From: Bacteroidia bacterium
GTDB lineage: Bacteria; Bacteroidota; Bacteroidia; Bacteroidales; CAJPTX01
Length of the DNA: 64,000 nucleotides
NCBI GenBank assembly: GCA_905373475.1
Contig: CAJPTC010000003.1
Location: forward strand, 24,883-88,882
Reading direction: 5' to 3'
In this document: positions 24,104 through 32,541 of the stretch, in pieces
How positions within the stretch are numbered: the first letter of the stretch is position 1
Layout of the letters: every line of letters starts with the position of its first letter
Notes under the pieces: generated by a model
Database searches by the model: none
What the model saw: only the letters and a program-made list of their open reading frames with translations
What the model was told of the DNA's origin: nothing
Position numbers and translations under genes: made by a program

Positions 24104-27094
24104 ATGTGTGCTGCCGCCGAGCATTTCTTCCTCTACCGTGTTGCACGCGATTTATGGGAACGCTGGGGTGCGGAGGGATTGCGCCATAGTATGGTATTTC
24201 TGCCCTCGTCTCGTTCCAAGCTTTTTTTTGTGCGTTACCTGCACGAATTAGCAGGAAAGCAGGCGCTCGTACTGCCCGCCTGGGCTAGCGTTCGCACTGA
24301 AGCAGAGCGCATTTCGGGGATAGAGGTCGTAGAGCCTCTTTTATTGCTCCCCGAAGTTTTTCATTCCTATCAGGAGCTTAATAAAGCCTCGCTGCAAGAT
24401 AAAGAAATCTCTGACGTTTTTGATGAGTTCTACCCTGCGGGGATGACCATCTTGCACGATTTTGACCAGATAGACAAATACCTAGTCAATGCGCACGAGC
24501 TTTTTGAAAACATTCAGGCTACCTCTGAACTCTCGCGCCGCATAGACTTTTTAACCGAAGAGCAACGCCAGTGGCTTGAAAAGTTCTTTACTCGAGTTGG
24601 GAGCACCCCCAGATCTCAACTTGAACAGCGTTACCTCGATATTTGGCAATTATTAGGCTCTATCTACGAACGCTTGCAGAGCTACATTTTAGAGCGTAAA
24701 GAAGGTTACGAAGGGGCAGTATTGCATCACGCTCTGCAAAAAATAGAGGACTCCCCGAGTCTCGTTTGTAACGAAAATGTACAGCACTATGCTGTTGTGG
24801 GGTTTAATGCGCTGAGTGCTTGCGAGGAGAAGTATTTTGAGTATCTGAAAAATGGAGTGGGCAAAGAGAACGTCCTTTTTTATTGGGACTTTCCCGCTAC
24901 ACTCAATCGTCAGGAGCAGAGCGAGACAAGACGAAAGGATGCGGGCTACTTTATTCGTATGCACCGCACGTTGGGGGATGCGTTGTCTGAAGCCGAACCC
25001 AGCAACACAGCGCAAACCGTCGAAATAATAGCTGCTCCGTCTGTATTATCGCAGGCCGATGTGGTACGCGATATCCTCGAAAAACAAACCAAAGAGGCGA
25101 TAGAGAATTCGGTACTAATACTCCCCGACGAACAGCTACTGATGCCCGTATTGCAGGCGCTTCCACAGAACATAAGTGCCAATATAACGATGGGGTATTC
25201 GCTACGCAACACATTGGTTTATCTCCTTCTGGAGAACCTGTTGGCATGGTTGGCTTCGCGTACCGAGGGAGAAAAGAGTTCTTCCCGCAAAAGTTTGAAA
25301 ACGCTATTGCTGCATCCGTTTTGGCAAAACGAAGAGGAAGTAAAGCATGCGCTTAGGGTTCTAGAAAGTGATACAAACGACAAAATAGCTGATACAAAGC
25401 TTGAAGGAGTTACGAGTCTTGTAACGAACTGGATAAGGAGTTTTGAAAAAAATACCTTGGGCGAATTCTTGCTAGAGTTTCTCCACAAACTGGGCGAAAG
25501 GCTTGAAGTTATCTACGAAGCAGAGAAGAAAGAAGAGAAAGAGACAGAATGCCCCATCTGGATGCACCATATAAGCGCTGCCTACGAAGTAATCTCAGCG
25601 CTCAACCAAGTAGTTCTGCGCGCAAATATATCGTCAAGTGTTCGTTTGTATCGGATGCTATTGCCGCAACTTTTTCGCGATAAAAAGATTTTCTACTACG
25701 GCGAACCACTTGCAGGCTTGCAGATTATGGGCTTCCTCGAAACGCGTTGCCTTGATTTTGAAGAGGTAACCATTCTCTCTTGCAACGAGGGTAGTTTACC
25801 CGCTCTACACGTTACGCCCTCTTTCATCATGTCGTCGCTAAGTCGGGGCTATAATCTGCCTACGTTACAGGATCGCGAGCTTATGTATGCCTATTATTTT
25901 CAGACGATAGTGGCTCGTGCGCGTCATGTACGCCTTATCTATGCAAAGACCGATGGGGCAGGGGTAGGTACAGAACCTAGTCGCTATCTGTTGCAAAAAA
26001 AATATCCCTTGGGGAATGAGGACGTTACCAACACCGCGCGTCTTACCACCCTCGATTACAGTTTTAGCCCAAGGGAAGAAGAAAGCAACAATACTGCACA
26101 GCATCCAGTACAAGTGCCCATTGAGAATTGCAAAGCGGAATTTGAAGCCTATTGTGCGCAAGGAATCAGTCCCTCGGCTTTGAGTTCGTATTGCCGTTGC
26201 CCCTTGCTGTTCTATTACAAATATATTGCTCGCATAGAAGAACGTAAAGAGCCCGAACGTGCAGAACTCTCAGCGCTTACTTTTGGCACTTGGGTACACA
26301 ATTCTCTACAAGCGTTGTACAAACCATTGTGCGGGGAAGATTTCTCGGAAGAAAAGCGTCAAGAGCTTGTTGGTGCGGTAGATGAGGTTGTTAAATCGCA
26401 GTATGAAAAGATAAAAGGAGGAAGCGATATACGAGGTATAGAGCTTATAGAGAGCACTATTGTAAGCAAGGTAATGCAGGACTGCCTAGCGTTTGATGTG
26501 CAACGTATACCCTTTAAGCTCTGCGCATTAGAATACAATATCAAGGGAGAAATAGAACTTGAGGGCGGAAAGAAAGTCCTGTTACAAGGCACAATTGACA
26601 GAATTGATAAGGAGGGCGACAATTTCCGAATCATAGACTACAAAACAGGGCAGTACGATAAGAAGCATGCAACCCTAACTTCGGTAGAATCTATTTTGGA
26701 TGGCAGTGAGGAACGAGATTATGTCTTTCAAACGTTCTTTTATGCTTATCTGCTAGAGCAAGCGCCTAGTGCGCTCTCGGAATACAATGGTAATAAGCCA
26801 CTTACTCCCTTGCAAACAGTACCTAGTTTGTGGTTTGTGATGGAGGGGGAAAAGGCCAAACTCGAGCTTCTATACCCCAAAAAGCCAACAACCCATTCTG
26901 GCGAGGTAAATGCACCATCTACAAAGGAGCAAGGGGTGCAAAGCTACGCGGCGTATGCTGCCGATTTCAAGGCGGCTTTGAGAAATACGTTAAGCGCCAT
27001 GCTTACCACAAAAAGTTTTGCGCCAACGAATGATACGAAGCGATGCGAAAAATGCGCTTACCAAGTCCTCTGTTGGGGCGCGAAAGGGATATAG
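24104..27094 (+). CDS. AddB/RexB-like PD-(D/E)XK nuclease family protein (996 aa)
   Basis: Nuclease motif LQGTIDRIDKEGDNFRIIDYKTGQ. Cys residues resemble the AddB Fe-S ligands (SSYCRCPLLFYYKY and C-terminal RCEKCAYQVLC). Its ATG directly abuts the stop of the upstream gene (TAG-ATG). Confidence 0.75.
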   Translation: MCAAAEHFFLYRVARDLWERWGAEGLRHSMVFLPSSRSKLFFVRYLHELAGKQALVLPAWASVRTEAERISGIEVVEPLLLLPEVFHSYQELNKASLQDKEISDVFDEFYPAGMTILHDFDQIDKYLVNAHELFENIQATSELSRRIDFLTEEQRQWLEKFFTRVGSTPRSQLEQRYLDIWQLLGSIYERLQSYILERKEGYEGAVLHHALQKIEDSPSLVCNENVQHYAVVGFNALSACEEKYFEYLKNGVGKENVLFYWDFPATLNRQEQSETRRKDAGYFIRMHRTLGDALSEAEPSNTAQTVEIIAAPSVLSQADVVRDILEKQTKEAIENSVLILPDEQLLMPVLQALPQNISANITMGYSLRNTLVYLLLENLLAWLASRTEGEKSSSRKSLKTLLLHPFWQNEEEVKHALRVLESDTNDKIADTKLEGVTSLVTNWIRSFEKNTLGEFLLEFLHKLGERLEVIYEAEKKEEKETECPIWMHHISAAYEVISALNQVVLRANISSSVRLYRMLLPQLFRDKKIFYYGEPLAGLQIMGFLETRCLDFEEVTILSCNEGSLPALHVTPSFIMSSLSRGYNLPTLQDRELMYAYYFQTIVARARHVRLIYAKTDGAGVGTEPSRYLLQKKYPLGNEDVTNTARLTTLDYSFSPREEESNNTAQHPVQVPIENCKAEFEAYCAQGISPSALSSYCRCPLLFYYKYIARIEERKEPERAELSALTFGTWVHNSLQALYKPLCGEDFSEEKRQELVGAVDEVVKSQYEKIKGGSDIRGIELIESTIVSKVMQDCLAFDVQRIPFKLCALEYNIKGEIELEGGKKVLLQGTIDRIDKEGDNFRIIDYKTGQYDKKHATLTSVESILDGSEERDYVFQTFFYAYLLEQAPSALSEYNGNKPLTPLQTVPSLWFVMEGEKAKLELLYPKKPTTHSGEVNAPSTKEQGVQSYAAYAADFKAALRNTLSAMLTTKSFAPTNDTKRCEKCAYQVLCWGAKGI

Positions 27095-27145
27095 GTGTTG
27101 CCTCCTAAAACCGAAAGATAAAACGTTGAATAGCAGTCTTTTAGT

Positions 27146-27226
27146 GGCGTTGCCCGCAACGCCTGAAAAAATGAATGTGTGTCATTGAACATTGGATATC
27201 AACCTTTTTGCCTTGTGTCTCATACC
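27146..27226. repeat. Second copy or fragment of the dispersed intergenic element
   Basis: GGCGTTGCCCGCAACGCC, then 19 nt, then CATTGAACATTGGATATCAACCTTTTTGCCTTGTGTCTCATAC. It has the same module order as 19435..19500. Confidence 0.6.
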
Positions 27227-27377
27227 TCGCCTACATAGTTTATTACCGAAGGGATCTGAAAAACGAATAGACAAAAACAATATATCAATAACTCCAAAGT
27301 CACTATTTCTTGCGAAATCAGAATGCCAAATAGCTTGTATGTAGTAGGTAAATTTCGCAGAAAGAGCAAAAAGGTAT

Positions 27378-27385
27378 TAACTTTG
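27378..27385 (+). promoter_or_regulatory. Candidate -7 promoter box for the SiaC-like gene pair
   Basis: TAACTTTG (TAnnTTTG), 32 nt upstream of the ATG at 27417. Confidence 0.4.
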
Positions 27386-27416
27386 GGGCACGTAGGTGGA
27401 GTGTAAATAGCATCAA

Positions 27417-27842
27417 ATGGCTGTTGAAAATAGAGAAACTGCTTTGGCTCTCGAACATTTGCAACTGGCGGGTACGTTGGTAACTCCTTCTGTAGATTTT
27501 GACAGTGCGTCAGGTCTACTGACGCTCAGCGGGGTTTCTATGCCTGAAGATATGGGGCGTTTCTATAGCCCTCTTCTCACTTGGATGCGAAAATACGCCG
27601 AGCATCCTGCGCCTCAAACCATATTTCGTATAGAGTTCAGCTACTTCAATACGGCAACCTCCAAGGTGCTCCTCGAGTTGTTTGCCATCTGCGAGAATAT
27701 ACACGAGAATTCTCACCCCGTACGAATAGAGTGGTGCTACCTTGCCGACGATATTGATATGATTGAAGCAGGCGAGAATTACGAGATGCTCCTCCGTGCG
27801 CCATTCCACTTGGTGGCGGTCAATGCTACGAACGCTAATTAG
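27417..27842 (+). CDS. SiaC-family (DUF1987) regulatory protein, copy 1
   Basis: LTLSGVSMPEDMGRFYSPLLTWMRKY...FRIEFSYFNTATSKVLLELF...RIEWCYLADDIDMIEAGENY matches the DUF1987 pattern I recognise. Confidence 0.75.
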   Translation: MAVENRETALALEHLQLAGTLVTPSVDFDSASGLLTLSGVSMPEDMGRFYSPLLTWMRKYAEHPAPQTIFRIEFSYFNTATSKVLLELFAICENIHENSHPVRIEWCYLADDIDMIEAGENYEMLLRAPFHLVAVNATNAN

Positions 27843-27845
27843 GAA

Positions 27846-28298
27846 ATGACGATGTTGTCTTATTACGTTGCACAGGGTAATGATTACCCGATGGTAAACT
27901 TCGACATTGAACGAAGGGAGTTCGTCATTTGTGGGATCTCACATCCCGAGTCTGCCATGGACTTCTATGGTCCTTTAATCCGGTGGCTTAAGGACTTCGT
28001 AGATGAGCAGCATTCAAGCTCCGATGTATTACGTGCGCCGCTTTCCCTAAAGCTTATGTTCAGGCACGTTAATTCCATGTCGTTCCGTTCGGTAAGCCGT
28101 ATCTGCCGCCTCTTTTCAACTTTGAGCGATCTTTATTCGTGCGAGGTTATTTGGTACTTTGAAAACGAGGATATCGATATTTACGAGGCTGGTGTTGATC
28201 TCAAGGAAGAGCTTGCATTGCAAGATACCCTCTTCAAGATAGAGGAAACCAGCGATACGATAGAAGATGTGCAGGAGAGGTTACGACCTCGTAGCTAA
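27846..28298 (+). CDS. SiaC-family (DUF1987) regulatory protein, copy 2 (more divergent)
   Basis: FVICGISHPESAMDFYGPLIRWLKDF...LKLMFRHVNSMSFRSVSRICRLF...VIWYFENEDIDIYEAGVDL. It starts 3 nt after copy 1. Confidence 0.7.
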   Translation: MTMLSYYVAQGNDYPMVNFDIERREFVICGISHPESAMDFYGPLIRWLKDFVDEQHSSSDVLRAPLSLKLMFRHVNSMSFRSVSRICRLFSTLSDLYSCEVIWYFENEDIDIYEAGVDLKEELALQDTLFKIEETSDTIEDVQERLRPRS

Positions 28299-28331
28299 CC
28301 AAAGCAACTAGACAATAGGTAAGTATATTTA

Positions 28332-28360
28332 GGGTAAGAATTCCACTTACCCATTTTTTT
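28332..28360 (+). terminator. Rho-independent terminator of the SiaC-like operon
   Basis: GGGTAAG-aattcca-CTTACCC followed by ATTTTTTT. Confidence 0.8.
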
Positions 28361-28471
28361 ATCGTAAAATTGAGGTGTGCGACGGGAAGGGCACGCCGTA
28401 TTAGAGAAGGGAAGTTCGTCGAAATGGGGCGAGAGTTACGTAAGGAGTTGGCATTACGCACAGGGCGTCTG

Positions 28472-29092
28472 ATGTTCATTACGCATCCGAACAGTCAGAA
28501 CTCCTTGCAAGAACAGCTGGAAGGTTATGTGAACGGAGGAGGACGACTCGTGCAAATCCGTTTGAAGGGTGTAGCCAAGGAGGAATTGAGCCGTGTAGTG
28601 ACGCGTGTGGTAGGGGTGATGGATGAGCTTGGTGGCAGCGTAATTGTGAACGACAATTGGGAGGTTGCCCGTGCCACAGGAGCATGGGGTGTGCACATCG
28701 GACAGAAAGATGGCGACCCCTACAAGGTGCGTAAAGCGGTAGGGGAGAGTATGGCGCTCGGAGTTACGGTGAATACTGCTGAACAGCTCCTCGCGTTGAA
28801 GGATGCGCCTATCGATTATGTAGGACTTGGACCTCTCCGCTTTACACGCACGAAAGAAAATCTGGCATCTATTCTTGGCATCGAAGGAATTCGCAATGTC
28901 GTTACAAAAGCGCGCGAAGCGGGGGTTACACATCCCATATTTGTTATTGGTGGGGTAGAGAATATAGATGTACGTCCACTACTTGCTCTCGGCGTGCACG
29001 GGGTGGCAGTCTCGGGAAGTATTGCTTCGGCGAGTGATCCTGCCTTTGCCACGCAAAAGTTTCTTGAATCAATAGAGAAAATATTACGCTAA
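28472..29092 (+). CDS. thiE: Thiamine-phosphate synthase ThiE
   Basis: MFITHP...[11 protein letters not shown]...[10 protein letters not shown]...GVHIGQKD...[12 protein letters not shown]...FVIGGV. Start chosen to give about 206 aa. The ORF is open from 28370. Confidence 0.8.
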   Translation: MFITHPNSQNSLQEQLEGYVNGGGRLVQIRLKGVAKEELSRVVTRVVGVMDELGGSVIVNDNWEVARATGAWGVHIGQKDGDPYKVRKAVGESMALGVTVNTAEQLLALKDAPIDYVGLGPLRFTRTKENLASILGIEGIRNVVTKAREAGVTHPIFVIGGVENIDVRPLLALGVHGVAVSGSIASASDPAFATQKFLESIEKILR

Positions 29093-29874
29093 TGCTTCGT
29101 TTAGGGTCTTATACATTCTCGTCGCATCTGTTGTTAGGGACGGGAAAATTTGCGTCGAATCAGTTGATGGCGGAGGCTATTGTTGCCTCGGGAACTGAAC
29201 TTGTTACAGTGGCTTTGAAGCGTATAGACGTGCACAATGCCGAAGACAACATGTTGGCTGCATTGCGTAGTACGGGAGTGAAATTATTGCCTAATACCTC
29301 GGGCGTACGGAATGCCGAAGAAGCCATATTTGCCGCTCAGATGGCGCGCGAAGCCTTAGGTACAGATCTTATTAAGCTCGAAATTCATCCCGACCCGCGT
29401 TACTTGCTGCCCGACGGCGAAGAAACCCTCAAAGCGAGTGCTGAGCTTGCAAAGGATGGTTTTACCGTTTTGCCCTATATTAGTGCAGACCCTGTACTGT
29501 GTAAAAAATTGGAAGAGGTTGGCGTAGCTGCTGTAATGCCCTTGGGTGCGCCCATCGGTAGTAATAGGGGGTTGCTCACACGCGATTTTTTACGCATCAT
29601 CATCGAACAGAGTAACGTGCCTGTAATAGTAGATGCGGGTATAGGCGCTCCTTCGCACGCTTGCGAGGCTTTAGAAATGGGTGCTTCGGCGGTACTGGTG
29701 AATACAGCAATTGCCGTAGCCGACAACCCAATCCTTATGGCAGAGGCTTTCAAAAAAGCCGTACAAAGCGGTTATGAAGCTCGGAAGGCTGGGTTGCCTT
29801 CATCTGCTGTTACTGCTTTAGAAGCCTCAGCCTCAAGTCCGCTCACGGCGTTCCTAGAGAAGCTAGACTGCTAA
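29092..29874 (+). CDS. thiG: Thiazole synthase ThiG
   Basis: LLLGTGKF...VTVALKR...LLPNTSG...IKLEIHPD...[14 protein letters not shown]...[15 protein letters not shown]...AVLVNTAIA. It shares a TAATG overlap with thiE. Confidence 0.95.
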   Translation: MLRLGSYTFSSHLLLGTGKFASNQLMAEAIVASGTELVTVALKRIDVHNAEDNMLAALRSTGVKLLPNTSGVRNAEEAIFAAQMAREALGTDLIKLEIHPDPRYLLPDGEETLKASAELAKDGFTVLPYISADPVLCKKLEEVGVAAVMPLGAPIGSNRGLLTRDFLRIIIEQSNVPVIVDAGIGAPSHACEALEMGASAVLVNTAIAVADNPILMAEAFKKAVQSGYEARKAGLPSSAVTALEASASSPLTAFLEKLDC

Positions 29875-29920
29875 ACCAGCTTACTGAAGTAATAACGCGC
29901 CTCAGCGCGCTGGTAAACTA

Positions 29921-29957
29921 GGGGTGTGCGGAATTTCTATTCTGCATGCCCCTTTTT
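29921..29957 (+). terminator. Rho-independent terminator after thiG
   Basis: GGGGTGTGC...GCATGCCCC (9-bp stem including two G-U pairs) followed by TTTTT. Confidence 0.6.
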
Positions 29958-30002
29958 AGTGTATTCGATATACGTAAAATGCAAAGCGCTGGGAATAGAG
30001 CT

Positions 30003-30026
30003 CCCTTTTGCCCTGTGTTCTCATGC
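30003..30026. repeat. Third fragment of the dispersed intergenic element
   Basis: CCCTTTTGCCCTGTGTTCTCATGC compared with CCTTTTTGCCTTGTGTCTCATAC at 27203..27225. Confidence 0.5.
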
Positions 30027-30277
30027 ATTATAAGCATAAGTCTATAAAAATACATTTGTTATTTATTTTCATCATTCGGTAGGGCGAGAAAAGCCCTTCT
30101 GACGATTCTTAACATCCAACTTTCTACACTGAACTTTCATAACCCCGCGCCCACGGAATTGCCTTGTCTGTAAATACGAAAAAACATAATTCTACGTATA
30201 TTTGTAAGGGGCGAGAGGGGGCTACATGGCAGCCCATGTAGTAGTGTATCTTCTTAGCTCTAATAAAGACGAAGAAG

Positions 30278-31231
30278 ATGTTTTCAAACAATAAATTGTG
30301 CCAGCTGCTAGGCATCGAGTACCCTGTTATTCAGGGAGGTATGATTTGGTGCAGCGGTTGGCGTTTAGCCAGTGCCGTTTCTAAGAATGGCGGGCTGGGT
30401 GTGCTCGGCGCAGGCTCTATGACGGGCGAGTTCCTCAAGGAACAAATTGCGAAAGTTCGACAAGAGACTGAAAAGCCCTTTGGGGTTAATGTTCCTTTAC
30501 TTTTTTCAAAAGCCGAGGAGTGTATGGAGATTTGTTTGTCAGAACGCGTTCCTGTTCTGGTCACTTCGGCAGGCTCTCCTGCTGCATGGACAGGGCGTGC
30601 GCACGAATTGGGGATTAAGGTCGGACACGTGGTAGCCAATACCAAATTTGCACAAAAGGCAGAAGCGGCTGGAGTAGATTTCATTGTTTGCGAAGGGGTA
30701 GAAGCTGGAGGGCACAATGGTCTTGACGAGATTACAACGTTGGTCTTAACGCAACTACTGGCGGGTACTACCTCGTTGCCGCTTGTTTCTGCTGGAGGCT
30801 ATATGGGTGGTCGAGGCTTAGCAGCTGCCATAGCGTTAGGTGCAGACGGAATTCAGATGGGGAGTCGTTTTGCGTGCAGTGTCGAATCCTCGGCAAGTGA
30901 CGTGTTTAAGGCGCACTTACTAAAAGTGGGGACTATCGGTACAGTGCTAACCTCGCATGGCTGGGGGCCTACGCGTGTGGTGCGCAACACATTTTCAGAT
31001 CAGTTGCAAGCTCTTGAGCGAAGTGGTGCTAGCGTAGAAGAACAACGCGAGCACATAGGTACAGGGCGCAGTCGTCGGGGTATGATGGAGGGCGATTTGG
31101 AGCATGGCGAGCTAGAGATAGGGCAAATTGCGGGTACGTTCACGGAAGTAATGAACGTACACTCTATCATGGAAAAATTAGTGGCGAATTATACCGATTC
31201 GGTTCGTCGCCTCGAAGCTACTTTGCTCTAA
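30278..31231 (+). CDS. fabK: FabK-type enoyl-ACP reductase / NMO-family FMN oxidoreductase
   Basis: LLGIEYPVIQGGMIWCSGWRLASAVSKNGGLGVLGAG...KPFGVNV...CEGVEAGGHNG closely parallels the FabK N-terminal half as I recall it. Confidence 0.7.
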   Translation: MFSNNKLCQLLGIEYPVIQGGMIWCSGWRLASAVSKNGGLGVLGAGSMTGEFLKEQIAKVRQETEKPFGVNVPLLFSKAEECMEICLSERVPVLVTSAGSPAAWTGRAHELGIKVGHVVANTKFAQKAEAAGVDFIVCEGVEAGGHNGLDEITTLVLTQLLAGTTSLPLVSAGGYMGGRGLAAAIALGADGIQMGSRFACSVESSASDVFKAHLLKVGTIGTVLTSHGWGPTRVVRNTFSDQLQALERSGASVEEQREHIGTGRSRRGMMEGDLEHGELEIGQIAGTFTEVMNVHSIMEKLVANYTDSVRRLEATLL

Positions 31232-31291
31232 CAGTTCTAGAAAAGAAAAATAGTAACAGGTTTCAATCCGCGTATTGCAACATATTCTTTT

Positions 31292-32521
31292 ATGATTCTC
31301 TTTGATCGTTTCGTGCTCCCAAATGGGCTTAAGGTATTAGTAAATACCGATATGAGCACACCGCTCGTCTCTATGGTTGTGCTTTACGATGTAGGGGCTA
31401 AGGATGAGGACGAGGAGCATACGGGTTTTGCACATCTTTTTGAGCACTTGATGTTTGGAGGCAGTGTTAACATTGCCAATTTTGACGAGGCGCTTCAGCT
31501 CGCAGGTGGTAGCAACAACGCCTACACTACAAACGACCTTACTTGCTATTATTGCACACTGCCTGCTGTTAACATAGAGACCGCTTTTTGGCTTGAAAGC
31601 GACCGAATGTTGTCGTTGGCCTTTACTCCTAAGAGCTTAGAAGTGCAGCGCAGTGTGGTCATTGAAGAGTTCAAGGAGCATTATCTCAATGCTCCGTATG
31701 GCGATTTGTATCACCTTGTGCATGCGCTGAATTATAAAGTACACCCGTATCGTTGGCCTACGATTGGGAAAAACGTGGAGCAGATAGAGCGTGCTACTAT
31801 GGAGGATGTGCGTTCTTTTTTTGCAGCGCACTACTATCCCGCCAATGCGATTCTTGTACTTTCAGGAGGCATAACTACGGAGCAAGTGCAACAACTATGC
31901 GACAAATGGTTTGCTCCTATTCCGAGTCCTGCCAAATTACAACGTTCGCTTCCCATAGAACCTCGCAGAACCGAGTATGTGCGTGAAGTGGTGGAACGCG
32001 ACGTGCCGAGTAGCCTCCTGTACATGTCATTCCAAATGCCAGGACGCCGTAGCAAAGACTACGTTATTTACGATATGCTGACCGATATTTTAAGCCTCGG
32101 ACGCGGGGGGCGTCTAAATGCCGAGCTGGTGCGTAAACAGGGCTTATTTAGCTCAGTAGATGCCTCTGTAGATGGAACGATAGAAACAGGTCTGGTATCA
32201 ATTTCGGGAATGGTGATGGAAGGCGTAACTCTGGAAGAGGCAGAAGAAGGAGTATGGAAGGAATTGGGGCGCCTTTCGCGCATCTCGGAGGAGGAGCTAA
32301 GACGTATCCAAAATCTTTATGAGACCGATGCGCTCTACCAGGAATTGCGCTCTTCGCGACGTGCAGAACTATTGGCAGAATACGAACTCTACGGCGATGC
32401 CAATGCGGTAAATCGTAGAGTACAAGAAAGAGCTGAGGTAACAACACAGATGCTTGAGGCGTGTGCTGCCACTACGTTTACTCGCGAGAATTGTCGTTCA
32501 TTGCACTATCGTGCCAAATAA
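31292..32521 (+). CDS. M16-family (pitrilysin-like) zinc peptidase, catalytic subunit
   Basis: Inverted zinc motif HLFEH (HxxEH) in GFAHLFEHLMFGGS. 409 aa. Confidence 0.85.
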   Translation: MILFDRFVLPNGLKVLVNTDMSTPLVSMVVLYDVGAKDEDEEHTGFAHLFEHLMFGGSVNIANFDEALQLAGGSNNAYTTNDLTCYYCTLPAVNIETAFWLESDRMLSLAFTPKSLEVQRSVVIEEFKEHYLNAPYGDLYHLVHALNYKVHPYRWPTIGKNVEQIERATMEDVRSFFAAHYYPANAILVLSGGITTEQVQQLCDKWFAPIPSPAKLQRSLPIEPRRTEYVREVVERDVPSSLLYMSFQMPGRRSKDYVIYDMLTDILSLGRGGRLNAELVRKQGLFSSVDASVDGTIETGLVSISGMVMEGVTLEEAEEGVWKELGRLSRISEEELRRIQNLYETDALYQELRSSRRAELLAEYELYGDANAVNRRVQERAEVTTQMLEACAATTFTRENCRSLHYRAK

Positions 32522-32541
32522 GGAGGGGAAAGGGGAGAGAG

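Noticed and set aside
27182-27223. Tiny reverse-strand ORF MRHKAKRLISNVQ, with a related MRTQGKREL... ORF at about 29958..30026
   Set aside because: They lie inside copies of the dispersed repeat. Their lengths and frames differ between copies, which argues for conserved DNA or RNA rather than peptides.
28361-28471. Possible TPP riboswitch ahead of thiE
   Set aside because: I looked for the conserved CUGAGA and ACCUGAUCUGGAUAAUGCCAGCG cores and found neither. An Infernal scan would be needed for certainty.
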